A program made the translations under genes and the position numbers. Positions 1 through 7,306 of a stretch of DNA of 64,000 nt are shown piece by piece. The stretch comes from Candidatus Aenigmatarchaeota archaeon. Lineage in GTDB: Archaea > Aenigmatarchaeota > Aenigmatarchaeia > GW2011-AR5. The notes under the pieces were generated by a model, which saw only the letters and a list, made by a program, of their open reading frames with translations, was not told where the DNA came from and did no database searches. The number at the start of each line of letters is the position of its first letter. Position 1 is the first letter of the stretch. Location of the stretch: the NCBI GenBank assembly GCA_016198685.1, contig JACQID010000006.1:64001-128000 (forward strand), in the 5' to 3' direction.

Positions 1-786
1 CTGATGGGCGCTGCTGACCAGGAATGGGAGGCAGGAATCGGTCTGACATTCCCAGGACTTTATGCTCTCATGGCACGGGCTCACATGGCCAAATACGGCA
101 CTACTTTAGAGCAGATTTCTTCTGTTTCTGTAATTAACCATAAACACGGAGCCAAGAACAAGAAAGCCCAGTATCCGTATGAAATCACGCTTGAACAGGC
201 CATGAATTCCCAGCTTGTGGCAGATCCTCTACGCCTTATGGACTGTTCTCCAATAACAGACGGTGCGGCCTCGGTCATAGTGGCTTCTGAAGAAATTGCC
301 AAAAAACTCGACCCTGTATGGGTTCTTTCAGTCCAGCAGGCCTCAGATACCATAGCCTTGCATGACCGAAAATCGCTTACCGAGCTTGCAGCAGCCAAGA
401 TAGCGGCAAAAAAGGCGTATGAGGAAGCGGGCATTACAGCCAATAAAATGGATGTTACTGAAGTTCATGACTGCTTTTCCATAAATGAGATTCTGTCCGT
501 GGAAGCGCTTGCTTATTGTCCTGAAGGTAGAGGTGGAAAATTCGTGCAAGACGGCAAGGTTGCTGTAGGCGGCGAAAGGCCCGTCAATACAACAGGAGGC
601 CTCAAAGCAGGCGGCCACCCGGTAGGGGCCACAGGCATCAGGCAGATAGGAGATATATATCTGCAGCTCAAAGGCAAAAGCTGCAACCAGGTAAAGGGTG
701 CTTCTGCCGGTCTCGCATTGAATGTCGGCGGTTCAGGCGCTACTGCTAATTTGGCTATCTTAGGAAGGGAGTTAAGGAGGAAATAA
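1..786 (+). CDS. Thiolase (acetyl-CoA C-acetyltransferase, archaeal/SCP2 type), 5' end outside window
   Basis: Motifs CSPITDGAA, EVHDCFS, GGLKAGGHPVGATG, NVGGSG; followed immediately by DUF35 as in archaeal thiolase-DUF35 pairs. Confidence 0.92.
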   Translation: MMGAADQEWEAGIGLTFPGLYALMARAHMAKYGTTLEQISSVSVINHKHGAKNKKAQYPYEITLEQAMNSQLVADPLRLMDCSPITDGAASVIVASEEIAKKLDPVWVLSVQQASDTIALHDRKSLTELAAAKIAAKKAYEEAGITANKMDVTEVHDCFSINEILSVEALAYCPEGRGGKFVQDGKVAVGGERPVNTTGGLKAGGHPVGATGIRQIGDIYLQLKGKSCNQVKGASAGLALNVGGSGATANLAILGRELRRK

Positions 787-788
787 AC

Positions 789-1184
789 ATGCCGCATAGA
801 ACAGCAGTTGCACCGGAATGGAGGCTCAAAGAAGGCCGATATAATCTTGTGGGAAGCAGTTGTGCCTGTGGCGAACTTCATTTCCCGGCAAGGCGATACT
901 GCCCTTCTTGTAAAAAGGAAACTGTACCTCATAAGTTCTTAGGTAAGGGTGAAATCGTCACTTATACTGTCATAAGAAGCGCTCCGGCAGGATTTGAGGA
1001 ATACGCTCCTTACGCTGTTGCCATAATAAAGCTTCAGGAAGGCCCTATGATTTCCGGCCAACTAATAAACCATCCGGAAGAGGTCAAGATCGGGAAGCGG
1101 GTAAGTCCTGTTTTCAGGAAGCTTACTGAAGACGGTGCAGGCGGAATCATCCACTACGGCATTAAGTTCGAGCTTGAAGAATGA
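789..1184 (+). CDS. DUF35 Zn-ribbon/OB-fold protein (thiolase partner)
   Basis: CAC...FPARRYCPSC Zn ribbon, then GEIVTYTVI...PYAVAIIKLQEGP OB fold and YGIKF terminus; 2 nt after the thiolase stop. Confidence 0.9.
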   Translation: MPHRTAVAPEWRLKEGRYNLVGSSCACGELHFPARRYCPSCKKETVPHKFLGKGEIVTYTVIRSAPAGFEEYAPYAVAIIKLQEGPMISGQLINHPEEVKIGKRVSPVFRKLTEDGAGGIIHYGIKFELEE

Positions 1185-1199
1185 TATTTTGCCATAATT

Positions 1200-1575
1200 T
1201 TTATTCGAATATTTTGTTACGTTTTCTATAACAATGGCGCCATAACGCTGTTATTTCTAGTTTCTATTAACCTTTACAGGAAATAAGGGGGTTATCGAAC
1301 CCACTCACCCCTATATTTCTTGTGGAGATTATTAGAAAAGCTAGAAAACTATTAACCTATACTTCATATAACAATGTTATTAAAAATAAATTAATTATAT
1401 ATGCCTTTCCATAGGAAATGAAGGGGTGTTAGATATTACAAGGAATATATTTTGCTGAATTAACCTTTCAAGTAGCAATAACTATATAAGGCGGCCAGAA
1501 GATTATAGTATCTTCATAAGAAACGGGGGTTCCTTCATTTCTTATGAAGCTTTCTATTTTGGGGAATAGAAAGTT
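1200..1575. other. Probable chromosomal replication origin (oriC) with ORB-like boxes and AT-rich unwinding element
   Basis: Non-coding AT-rich region directly upstream of cdc6. ORB-like boxes: TTTACAGGAAATAAGGGGGT (1273-1292,+), CTCCACAAGAAATATAGGGGT (1307-1327,-), TTCCATAGGAAATGAAGGGGT (1407-1427,+), CTTCATAAGAAACGGGGGT (1512-1530,+), CTTCATAAGAAATGAAGG (1532-1549,-). Nearly pure A/T stretch at about 1376-1402. Confidence 0.85.
1550..1573. repeat. Perfect 9-bp inverted repeat just upstream of cdc6
   Basis: CTTTCTATT-TTGGGG-AATAGAAAG. Confidence 0.6.
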
Positions 1576-1595
1576 TTTTAATGGGGGTGTGGTAC

Positions 1596-2849
1596 ATGGA
1601 AGCAGATCAGGAGTTAGTTTTAAGCAATTCAGCAACAAGCGGCAATATATTCTCGCAGTATATTGAAAGCCCGAGTATTTTCACAGATAAGCGCGTTTTA
1701 ACCTCTTCTTTTGTTCCTGGTAGCATACCGCACAGGGAAGAAGAAATAAAGCACATAAGCTCCGTTCTTGCCCCTATGCTCAGGGGTTATCATGCCAATA
1801 ACGTCTTTGTTTATGGGACATGCGGCACAGGAAAAACTATCTGCTGCAGATTCGTTGTTTCCCAATTACAAGAAGCGGTCAAAGCCGCAGCAACACAAAT
1901 TAAGGTCATATACATAAATTGCAAGATGGAGCGGGTTTCCGATACCGAGTACAGGCTTTTTGCCCAAATGCTCAAGCAACTTGGTGAGGAAGTGCCGTAC
2001 ACAGGATTACCAACTGACGTAATCTATAGGAAGTTCTTTGCTAAGGTTGCTGAAAAGAAGCAGAGTGTCATCATCATATTAGATGAGATAGACGCGCTTT
2101 ACAAGAAAGTTGGTGATGATTTCCTTTACAACATAACCCGTGCCAACAATGAATTAGGAGAGGCAAACTTGAGCATAATAGGCATAACCAACGACATATC
2201 TTTCAGGGACAATCTTGACGTGAGAGTGAAATCATCATTAAGCGAAGAAGAAGTGATGTTCAGGCCTTACAATGCCGTGCAGTTAAGGGACATATTGTCA
2301 TCCCGTGCCAAGGACGGTTTTGTCAAAGGGGCCGTGAGCGAGAGCGTCATAAATAAGTGTGCGGCTCTGGCAGCTCAGGAGCACGGCGATGCGCGCAGGG
2401 CTTTGGATTTGTTGAGGGTTGCCGGGGAAGTTGCTGAAAGAATGGGGGAAACAGTCGTCAAGGAAAGGCATGTTGACGTAGCCGAAGAAAAAATAGATCT
2501 TGACAGGATAACCGAGACCGTTAAATCCCAGCCGGCACAATCCCAGCTTGTGCTTTACACGATAATAAAGATGAATGAGGAAGCCAAGCAGAAGGAAAAA
2601 TGGGCCGACAGAAGGCTGCTCACAGGAGACATATTCTCTAAATATGAGGAACTTTGCAGGGCCAATGGCGCAAAGGTTCTTACGCAGCGCAGGATAAGCG
2701 ATCTCATAGGTGAACTGGATATGTTCGGCATAATAAATGCCAAGGTCATATCTAAGGGAAGGCACGGCAGGACCCGAGAGATATCCTTAGCCATGAACGA
2801 AACCGCATTAGGCAAAGTAAGAAACTACCTTATGAACAGGTTTGGATGA
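1596..2849 (+). CDS. cdc6: Cdc6/Orc1 replication initiator (AAA+ and winged helix)
   Basis: Walker A YGTCGTGKT, Walker B ILDEID, GDARRALDLLR, wH region LTQRRISDLIGELDMFGII...SKGRHGRTREI. The ORF track start is 1581; ATG 1596 follows a GGGGTG SD-like site. Confidence 0.97.
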   Translation: MEADQELVLSNSATSGNIFSQYIESPSIFTDKRVLTSSFVPGSIPHREEEIKHISSVLAPMLRGYHANNVFVYGTCGTGKTICCRFVVSQLQEAVKAAATQIKVIYINCKMERVSDTEYRLFAQMLKQLGEEVPYTGLPTDVIYRKFFAKVAEKKQSVIIILDEIDALYKKVGDDFLYNITRANNELGEANLSIIGITNDISFRDNLDVRVKSSLSEEEVMFRPYNAVQLRDILSSRAKDGFVKGAVSESVINKCAALAAQEHGDARRALDLLRVAGEVAERMGETVVKERHVDVAEEKIDLDRITETVKSQPAQSQLVLYTIIKMNEEAKQKEKWADRRLLTGDIFSKYEELCRANGAKVLTQRRISDLIGELDMFGIINAKVISKGRHGRTREISLAMNETALGKVRNYLMNRFG

Positions 2850-3913
2850 TGGACAAAGCTGATATCGTACGGCATTATTTTGACCGGCAGCAGCTTCTGA
2901 CTCCGGCGGCGCTTGATAAGCTATCTGCTGCAGGCAGGCTGCCGGAAACAGATTCCGGGCTTTTTGTCATTGATAAAAGCGATCTTGAGCAGGACAACAT
3001 ACGGATTCTTAAGTGTCTCCAGAGCAGGCCGAAGGAGGTAGACACGGATATGTTCCTGAAATTTTATACGTCCAAATACAACAAAATGCGCGATATATTT
3101 ACTGCGCGTTTCAACAAGAATTTTATCTCCTTGAATAAGGTAGACGCTTCGCGTTCTGAAATAGCGGTATTCGGCATAGTCAAGGATGTGAAAGACAAGA
3201 CAATAGAGCTTGAGGATATGACATCCTCGGTCTCTGTAGTTTTTGAAACTCCGTTGGAAAAAGTGGAGCGCGATGACGCCATTGCAGTCGAGGGTGTAAG
3301 CGGCGGCAAAGTAATCTACGGCAAAAAAATAATGTTTGCAGATGTTCCATTGAGGCAGCCGGCGACGGGCACAGGCAAGGCGTGTTTTATTTCCGATTTG
3401 AGGCTTAGCGAAGCTCCGCGCAAGGAAGCTGAGAAATTCTTTTCGTGGTTCCAGAACCAGGACATCAGGAACCTTTTCATTTGCGGAGACACAGGGGATC
3501 TTGCCGCGCTTGAGGCTATAGTACGCAGATATTGTAGCGGAAAGAATATCTTTGTCGCCCCGGGCGAAGCGGATGACAAAGAGTATCCGCGCTTGCCGCT
3601 TAAGACGCCTAGTGTCACAGCACTTTCGGATCCCGCTATCGTTGAAATCAACGGCATAAAGATACTTGTTATTCATAACTTTGAGATAGGGATGCTGCGC
3701 AAGCGTTACTTGGGCAGGAGCAAGTCTATCTTGCCAGATGACTACTTGGTCTTGGAAGATGTTCCTGATATAGTGCATTGCGGCCATACAGGAAAACCGT
3801 TTGTCCAGAATTACAAGGCCATAACCATAGTCAACAGCGGGTCAATACTGGAGGAATTCAAGCCCGTTGTCATAGATTTTGCCACACGCGAGGTAAGGCA
3901 GGCTGCTTTGTGA
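2846..3913 (+). CDS. DNA polymerase D small subunit (DP1)/B-subunit homologue, predicted nuclease-dead
   Basis: DP1 architecture: N-terminal helical LLTPAA segment, OB fold (EIAVFGIVKD...IELEDMTSSVSV), calcineurin-like fold with degenerate motifs ISDLRL, ICGDTGD, APGEAD, IHNF, VPDIVHCGHTG. Start overlaps the cdc6 stop (ATGA). Confidence 0.88.
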   Translation: MMDKADIVRHYFDRQQLLTPAALDKLSAAGRLPETDSGLFVIDKSDLEQDNIRILKCLQSRPKEVDTDMFLKFYTSKYNKMRDIFTARFNKNFISLNKVDASRSEIAVFGIVKDVKDKTIELEDMTSSVSVVFETPLEKVERDDAIAVEGVSGGKVIYGKKIMFADVPLRQPATGTGKACFISDLRLSEAPRKEAEKFFSWFQNQDIRNLFICGDTGDLAALEAIVRRYCSGKNIFVAPGEADDKEYPRLPLKTPSVTALSDPAIVEINGIKILVIHNFEIGMLRKRYLGRSKSILPDDYLVLEDVPDIVHCGHTGKPFVQNYKAITIVNSGSILEEFKPVVIDFATREVRQAAL

Positions 3914-3950
3914 GACAAACCCGGAAGGCTTTAAGGAGGAGAACGCCCCT

Positions 3951-3964
3951 CCAAAATTTAAATA
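3951..3964 (+). promoter_or_regulatory. BRE/TATA box for polB (likely leaderless transcript)
   Basis: CCAAAA-TTTAAATA ending 22 nt before ATG 3986; preceded by a GGAGG/CCTCC hairpin (3935-3952). Confidence 0.55.
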
Positions 3965-3985
3965 AGCTCGCGGCAAGCTAATTGA

Positions 3986-6658
3986 ATGGCACTTGTTTTT
4001 CAGATACTTGATGTGGATTATTTTCTCAATGGCGATAAGCCTGTAGTCCGCCTCTTTGGAAGAAGTGACGCCGGCAATGCCGTATGCGTATTATGCAGGG
4101 ATTTTCTTCCTTATTTTTACATAAGGCCGAAGAATGAAGAGGCTTTGGATGACGTAAAGGAGATCCTTTCCATAGAAGAAGCGGAAAAATTATTGGCAAT
4201 AGGATATTCAACCAAGAAAACAAGGCTTTTGAAAATCACCATATCGAAGCCGCAGGATGTTCCCATGATTAAGGAACAGCTCCTCAGCCAAGGCATAGCA
4301 GAAGAAGTCTTTGAAGCCGATATATTATTCAAGAACAGGTTTCTGGTTGACCATGACCTGCACGGCATGCAGTGGGCAGAAGCAGACGTTGTCAAGACCA
4401 GTACCAGCACGGTAAAGGTTCCTGCCTTTGAGATGAAATCCATAAAGCCGATGGACAGGAAAGACAACGCCAAACTTTCAATACTATCATTTGATATAGA
4501 GTGCGTGCCATCCGATCCCAACAGGCCACTGGATTCCAAGAAAGACCCTGTAGTCATCATATCACTCTCATTCAACGTTCCTTACAGGGGAACCACGAGC
4601 ATAGTGCAGGTCGCCAAGCCTGTCAACGGAAAAGGGCTGCAGGGATTTCCCAATGAAAAAGACATGCTGGAAGGGTTTCTGCGCGTTATTGACGAATATA
4701 ATCCGGACATAATCACAGGCTACAACATAAACACATTCGACATACCCTACATACTGGAGCGAATGCGGGTGCACGGAATACCGCCCATGCTTGGCAGATG
4801 CAAGGACAAGCCGGCTTATAATAAAAGCACAGGAGTCACGCAGGAATCCATAATTCCGGGCAGGGTGGTTGCGGATCCTTACCAGATATTGAAGAGGGAC
4901 CCAAGAATCAAGTTCAGCCGTTATGACTTAAACACAATATGCAAAGTCCTGCTTGGCGACACCAAAATGGACGTTGAGTACAGGGAGATGCCCAAGCTTT
5001 GGAACGGGCCTCTCGAAGGCGTCTTGCGTTTTGCAGAATATGCACGCAAGGACGCAGAGCTTAATCTGCGTCTTGTGGTTGAAAAGGACATGCTATCCAA
5101 TTTCATAGAAATAGCCAAAGTTTCAGGTACTGTGATGCAGGACACATTCGGCGGCCAGACTTTGCGAATAGACAATATGCTCCTCTATGAGTTCAGGAAG
5201 CGCGGTTATGTTTTACCGGCCAAACCTGATGCCAATTTAATGAATAAACGTACCAATGAAAGGGAAAAAGCAGGGCTCAAAGGCGCAACAGTTCTTGAGC
5301 CGAAGAAAGGATTGCATGCCGAAGGCTGCATACTGGTCATGGACTTCAAGAGCCTATATCCAAGCATAATGAGAACGTTCAATACGTCTCCCGATTCGCT
5401 TCTTGTCGATGATTCGGTCGGCGAGTTTTATACGTCGCCGACCGGCGCGAAGTTCGTGCCTGCATCTGTACACGAAGGAGTGTTTCCGTACATCGTCGGA
5501 AAGCTGCTTGACAGCAGATCAGAAGTCAAGGGGCAGATGAAGGATGCTGACGGCGAAATGAAAAAAATATTGAATGCAAGGCAATATGCGTTAAAAGACC
5601 TTGCCAATTCGTTCTACGGATACACAGGCTATCTGCGGGCGCGCGTTTATGACATACGGGTTGCGAGCACGATAACGGCCATAGGAAGGGAGAACATAGA
5701 GAAGACAAAGGACTTGATTGAAAACAACTTCGACATTGAGGTCGTATATGGCGATACTGACTCGGTTTTCATCAAGACCAAGACCACGAACCTTGAGGAT
5801 GCAAAAAAAATCGGCGAGGATATATCCAAGTTCGTGAGTGAAAGATTGCCAGGTTTTCTTACCCTGGACTTTGAAAAGATATACAGAACGTTCCTTATTC
5901 TTACAAAGAAAAGATATGCCGGATGGAAGTTCGAATTCGGGAAGAATGGATGGGAAGATTCTATAGAGATGAAAGGGATAGAGACGGTGAGACGCGATTG
6001 GTGCAAGCTCGTTTCTGAAACGATGAGAACCGTGCTTGACATAATACTGAAGGAAGGAGACCTGCAGAAGGCGGTCAATGAAACAAAGAGGGTCATAATA
6101 CAGCTCCGCAACAATGAAATAGATTTCGACAAGCTGACCGTTGTAAAAGGAATAACAAAATCTCTTGGAAGTTATGACGGCATGTTGCCGCACATAGAGC
6201 TGGCAAGGAAACTTGCGCAGAGAAACCCCCACGACCCGCCGAAGATCGGCGACCGCCTCGGGTTTGTCATAATCAAGGGCAATCAGATGCTGTCGAAACG
6301 GGCGGAAGATACGAAATATGCAAAGGACAACAAGCTTCAGATAGATTCTGACTACTATATTAATTCCCAAGTCTTCCCCCCTGTAGAGAGGATACTTTCT
6401 TCGGTCGGGGTCGAAAAGAGCGAAGTGTTCGGCTCTGGCCGTCAGTCAACGATAGCAGACATCATGTTCGGAACAAAGCGCAAAATGAAGCATGAAATAG
6501 CCATCAATTACGGCACAGTAGCCGGCTGGGAGGGTCTGGTTTGCCAGAAATGCGCGAAGTCGCATCCGAGAATGCCTTTAAGCGGCAGATGCGAATGCGG
6601 CGGCCCGCTTCTTTTTTCATATCAGGGAAGCGCCGCGCAGAAAGTAGTGACCGAATAG
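3986..6658 (+). CDS. polB: Family B DNA polymerase with intact exonuclease and polymerase motifs, Pol-delta-like core, C-terminal Cys4 zinc finger
   Basis: ExoI SFDIEC, ExoII GYNINTFDIPY, ExoIII YARKD, motif A DFKSLYPS, motif B KDLANSFYG, motif C YGDTDS, KKRYAG, KGIETVRRDWC; PIP-like QSTIADIM (6443-6466); CQKC-x12-CEC (6542-6598). Confidence 0.97.
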   Translation: MALVFQILDVDYFLNGDKPVVRLFGRSDAGNAVCVLCRDFLPYFYIRPKNEEALDDVKEILSIEEAEKLLAIGYSTKKTRLLKITISKPQDVPMIKEQLLSQGIAEEVFEADILFKNRFLVDHDLHGMQWAEADVVKTSTSTVKVPAFEMKSIKPMDRKDNAKLSILSFDIECVPSDPNRPLDSKKDPVVIISLSFNVPYRGTTSIVQVAKPVNGKGLQGFPNEKDMLEGFLRVIDEYNPDIITGYNINTFDIPYILERMRVHGIPPMLGRCKDKPAYNKSTGVTQESIIPGRVVADPYQILKRDPRIKFSRYDLNTICKVLLGDTKMDVEYREMPKLWNGPLEGVLRFAEYARKDAELNLRLVVEKDMLSNFIEIAKVSGTVMQDTFGGQTLRIDNMLLYEFRKRGYVLPAKPDANLMNKRTNEREKAGLKGATVLEPKKGLHAEGCILVMDFKSLYPSIMRTFNTSPDSLLVDDSVGEFYTSPTGAKFVPASVHEGVFPYIVGKLLDSRSEVKGQMKDADGEMKKILNARQYALKDLANSFYGYTGYLRARVYDIRVASTITAIGRENIEKTKDLIENNFDIEVVYGDTDSVFIKTKTTNLEDAKKIGEDISKFVSERLPGFLTLDFEKIYRTFLILTKKRYAGWKFEFGKNGWEDSIEMKGIETVRRDWCKLVSETMRTVLDIILKEGDLQKAVNETKRVIIQLRNNEIDFDKLTVVKGITKSLGSYDGMLPHIELARKLAQRNPHDPPKIGDRLGFVIIKGNQMLSKRAEDTKYAKDNKLQIDSDYYINSQVFPPVERILSSVGVEKSEVFGSGRQSTIADIMFGTKRKMKHEIAINYGTVAGWEGLVCQKCAKSHPRMPLSGRCECGGPLLFSYQGSAAQKVVTE

Positions 6659-6697
6659 CGGAAATTTTTATATAATGGCCAAGACTAAGTAATGGTT

Positions 6698-6895
6698 ATG
6701 TCCAACAAGCACGTCAAGACGATAAACGGCAAGAAATATTACTACGAGTCCGTTCGTAAAGGCAGGAAAGTCACATCGCGCTACATCGGCCCGGCAGAAG
6801 AAACAAAAGAGCAGATCAGTGAAAGTGTAGTTGCAGATAAAAAGCCTATCAAGGAAGAAGACCTCATTACGCCGGATGATCATTATATCGGCTGA
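6698..6895 (+). CDS. Small basic protein with KTINGKKYYY...KVTSRYIG three-strand motif, possible nucleic-acid binder
   Basis: Own TATA (TTTTTATATA 6665-6674) about 24 nt before ATG 6698; Lys/Arg/Tyr-rich beta-type N-terminus and acidic tail. The ORF track start is 6692. Confidence 0.6.
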   Translation: MSNKHVKTINGKKYYYESVRKGRKVTSRYIGPAEETKEQISESVVADKKPIKEEDLITPDDHYIG

Positions 6896-7048
6896 CTCTG
6901 CCTGTGGCAACCCATGAGGGATTAGCCAGCGAGATAAATTAAAGCGTTTTCCGATAATTTACGATCAAGAGAAAATAAAGAAAATAAAAATTGAAGAACT
7001 TATAGTAAATAACATTTATTTTGCAACATTTTATAATGCAATTTACTA

Positions 7049-7225
7049 TTAGATGTGTCTTGCCTTCAAAGTGCCTTCTTTCCTGTACTTGGCTCTTTCA
7101 ACCGCCTTGTCTATCAGGTGCATGACTTCCTTGTTCAGGATTTCAAGGGCATCCGATCCCATTCGCAGCTTCTTCTTCGCCGCGTATTCTTTCACTTTAC
7201 TTCTTACGACAAGCATTTCTGCCAT
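7049..7225 (-). CDS. Single histone-fold protein, 58 aa, short non-nucleosomal type (absent from the ORF track)
   Basis: Manual translation MAEMLVVRSKVKEYAAKKKLRMGSDALEILNKEVMHLIDKAVERAKYRKEGTLKARHI; SD GGTGA 7 nt upstream; TATA-like TTATATAA at 7261-7268; three consecutive stops (TAA TAG TAA). Confidence 0.85.
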   Translation of the reverse strand: MAEMLVVRSKVKEYAAKKKLRMGSDALEILNKEVMHLIDKAVERAKYRKEGTLKARHI

Positions 7226-7306
7226 TTCTAAATCACCTTTTCCTAATTTCCGTTGGAAGTTTATATAACTTATGCCAAGGCCCGTTTTAAGCGGTTTTAG
7301 CGCATT

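Noticed and set aside
1273-1549. Repeats upstream of cdc6 as a mini-CRISPR or MITE ends
   Set aside because: Copies are degenerate, in both orientations and irregularly spaced, and they match the ORB pattern; no cas or transposase genes.
2846-3913. Calling the DP1-like gene a pseudogene
   Set aside because: The ORF is intact, coupled to cdc6, and keeps structural motifs throughout; losses are focused on catalytic residues.
6890-6928. Possible structured RNA or SECIS-like hairpin at the TGA of the small basic protein (GGCTGA...TTAGCC enclosing TGCC/GGCA)
   Set aside because: Short stems with G-U pairs are expected by chance; no archaeal SECIS motif, and the read-through product would be short and featureless.
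6896-7048. Search for tRNA, rRNA or ncRNA in this and other intergenic gaps (9566-9856, 14377-14465, 19958-20076, 51240-51331)
   Set aside because: No cloverleaf, T-loop (GTTCRA) or C/D-box pattern that I can support; the gaps are AT-rich promoter or terminator sequence.
7053-7268. 71-aa plus-strand ORF in the track
   Set aside because: It is the antisense shadow of the histone gene, which has an SD, a TATA box and a recognisable fold.
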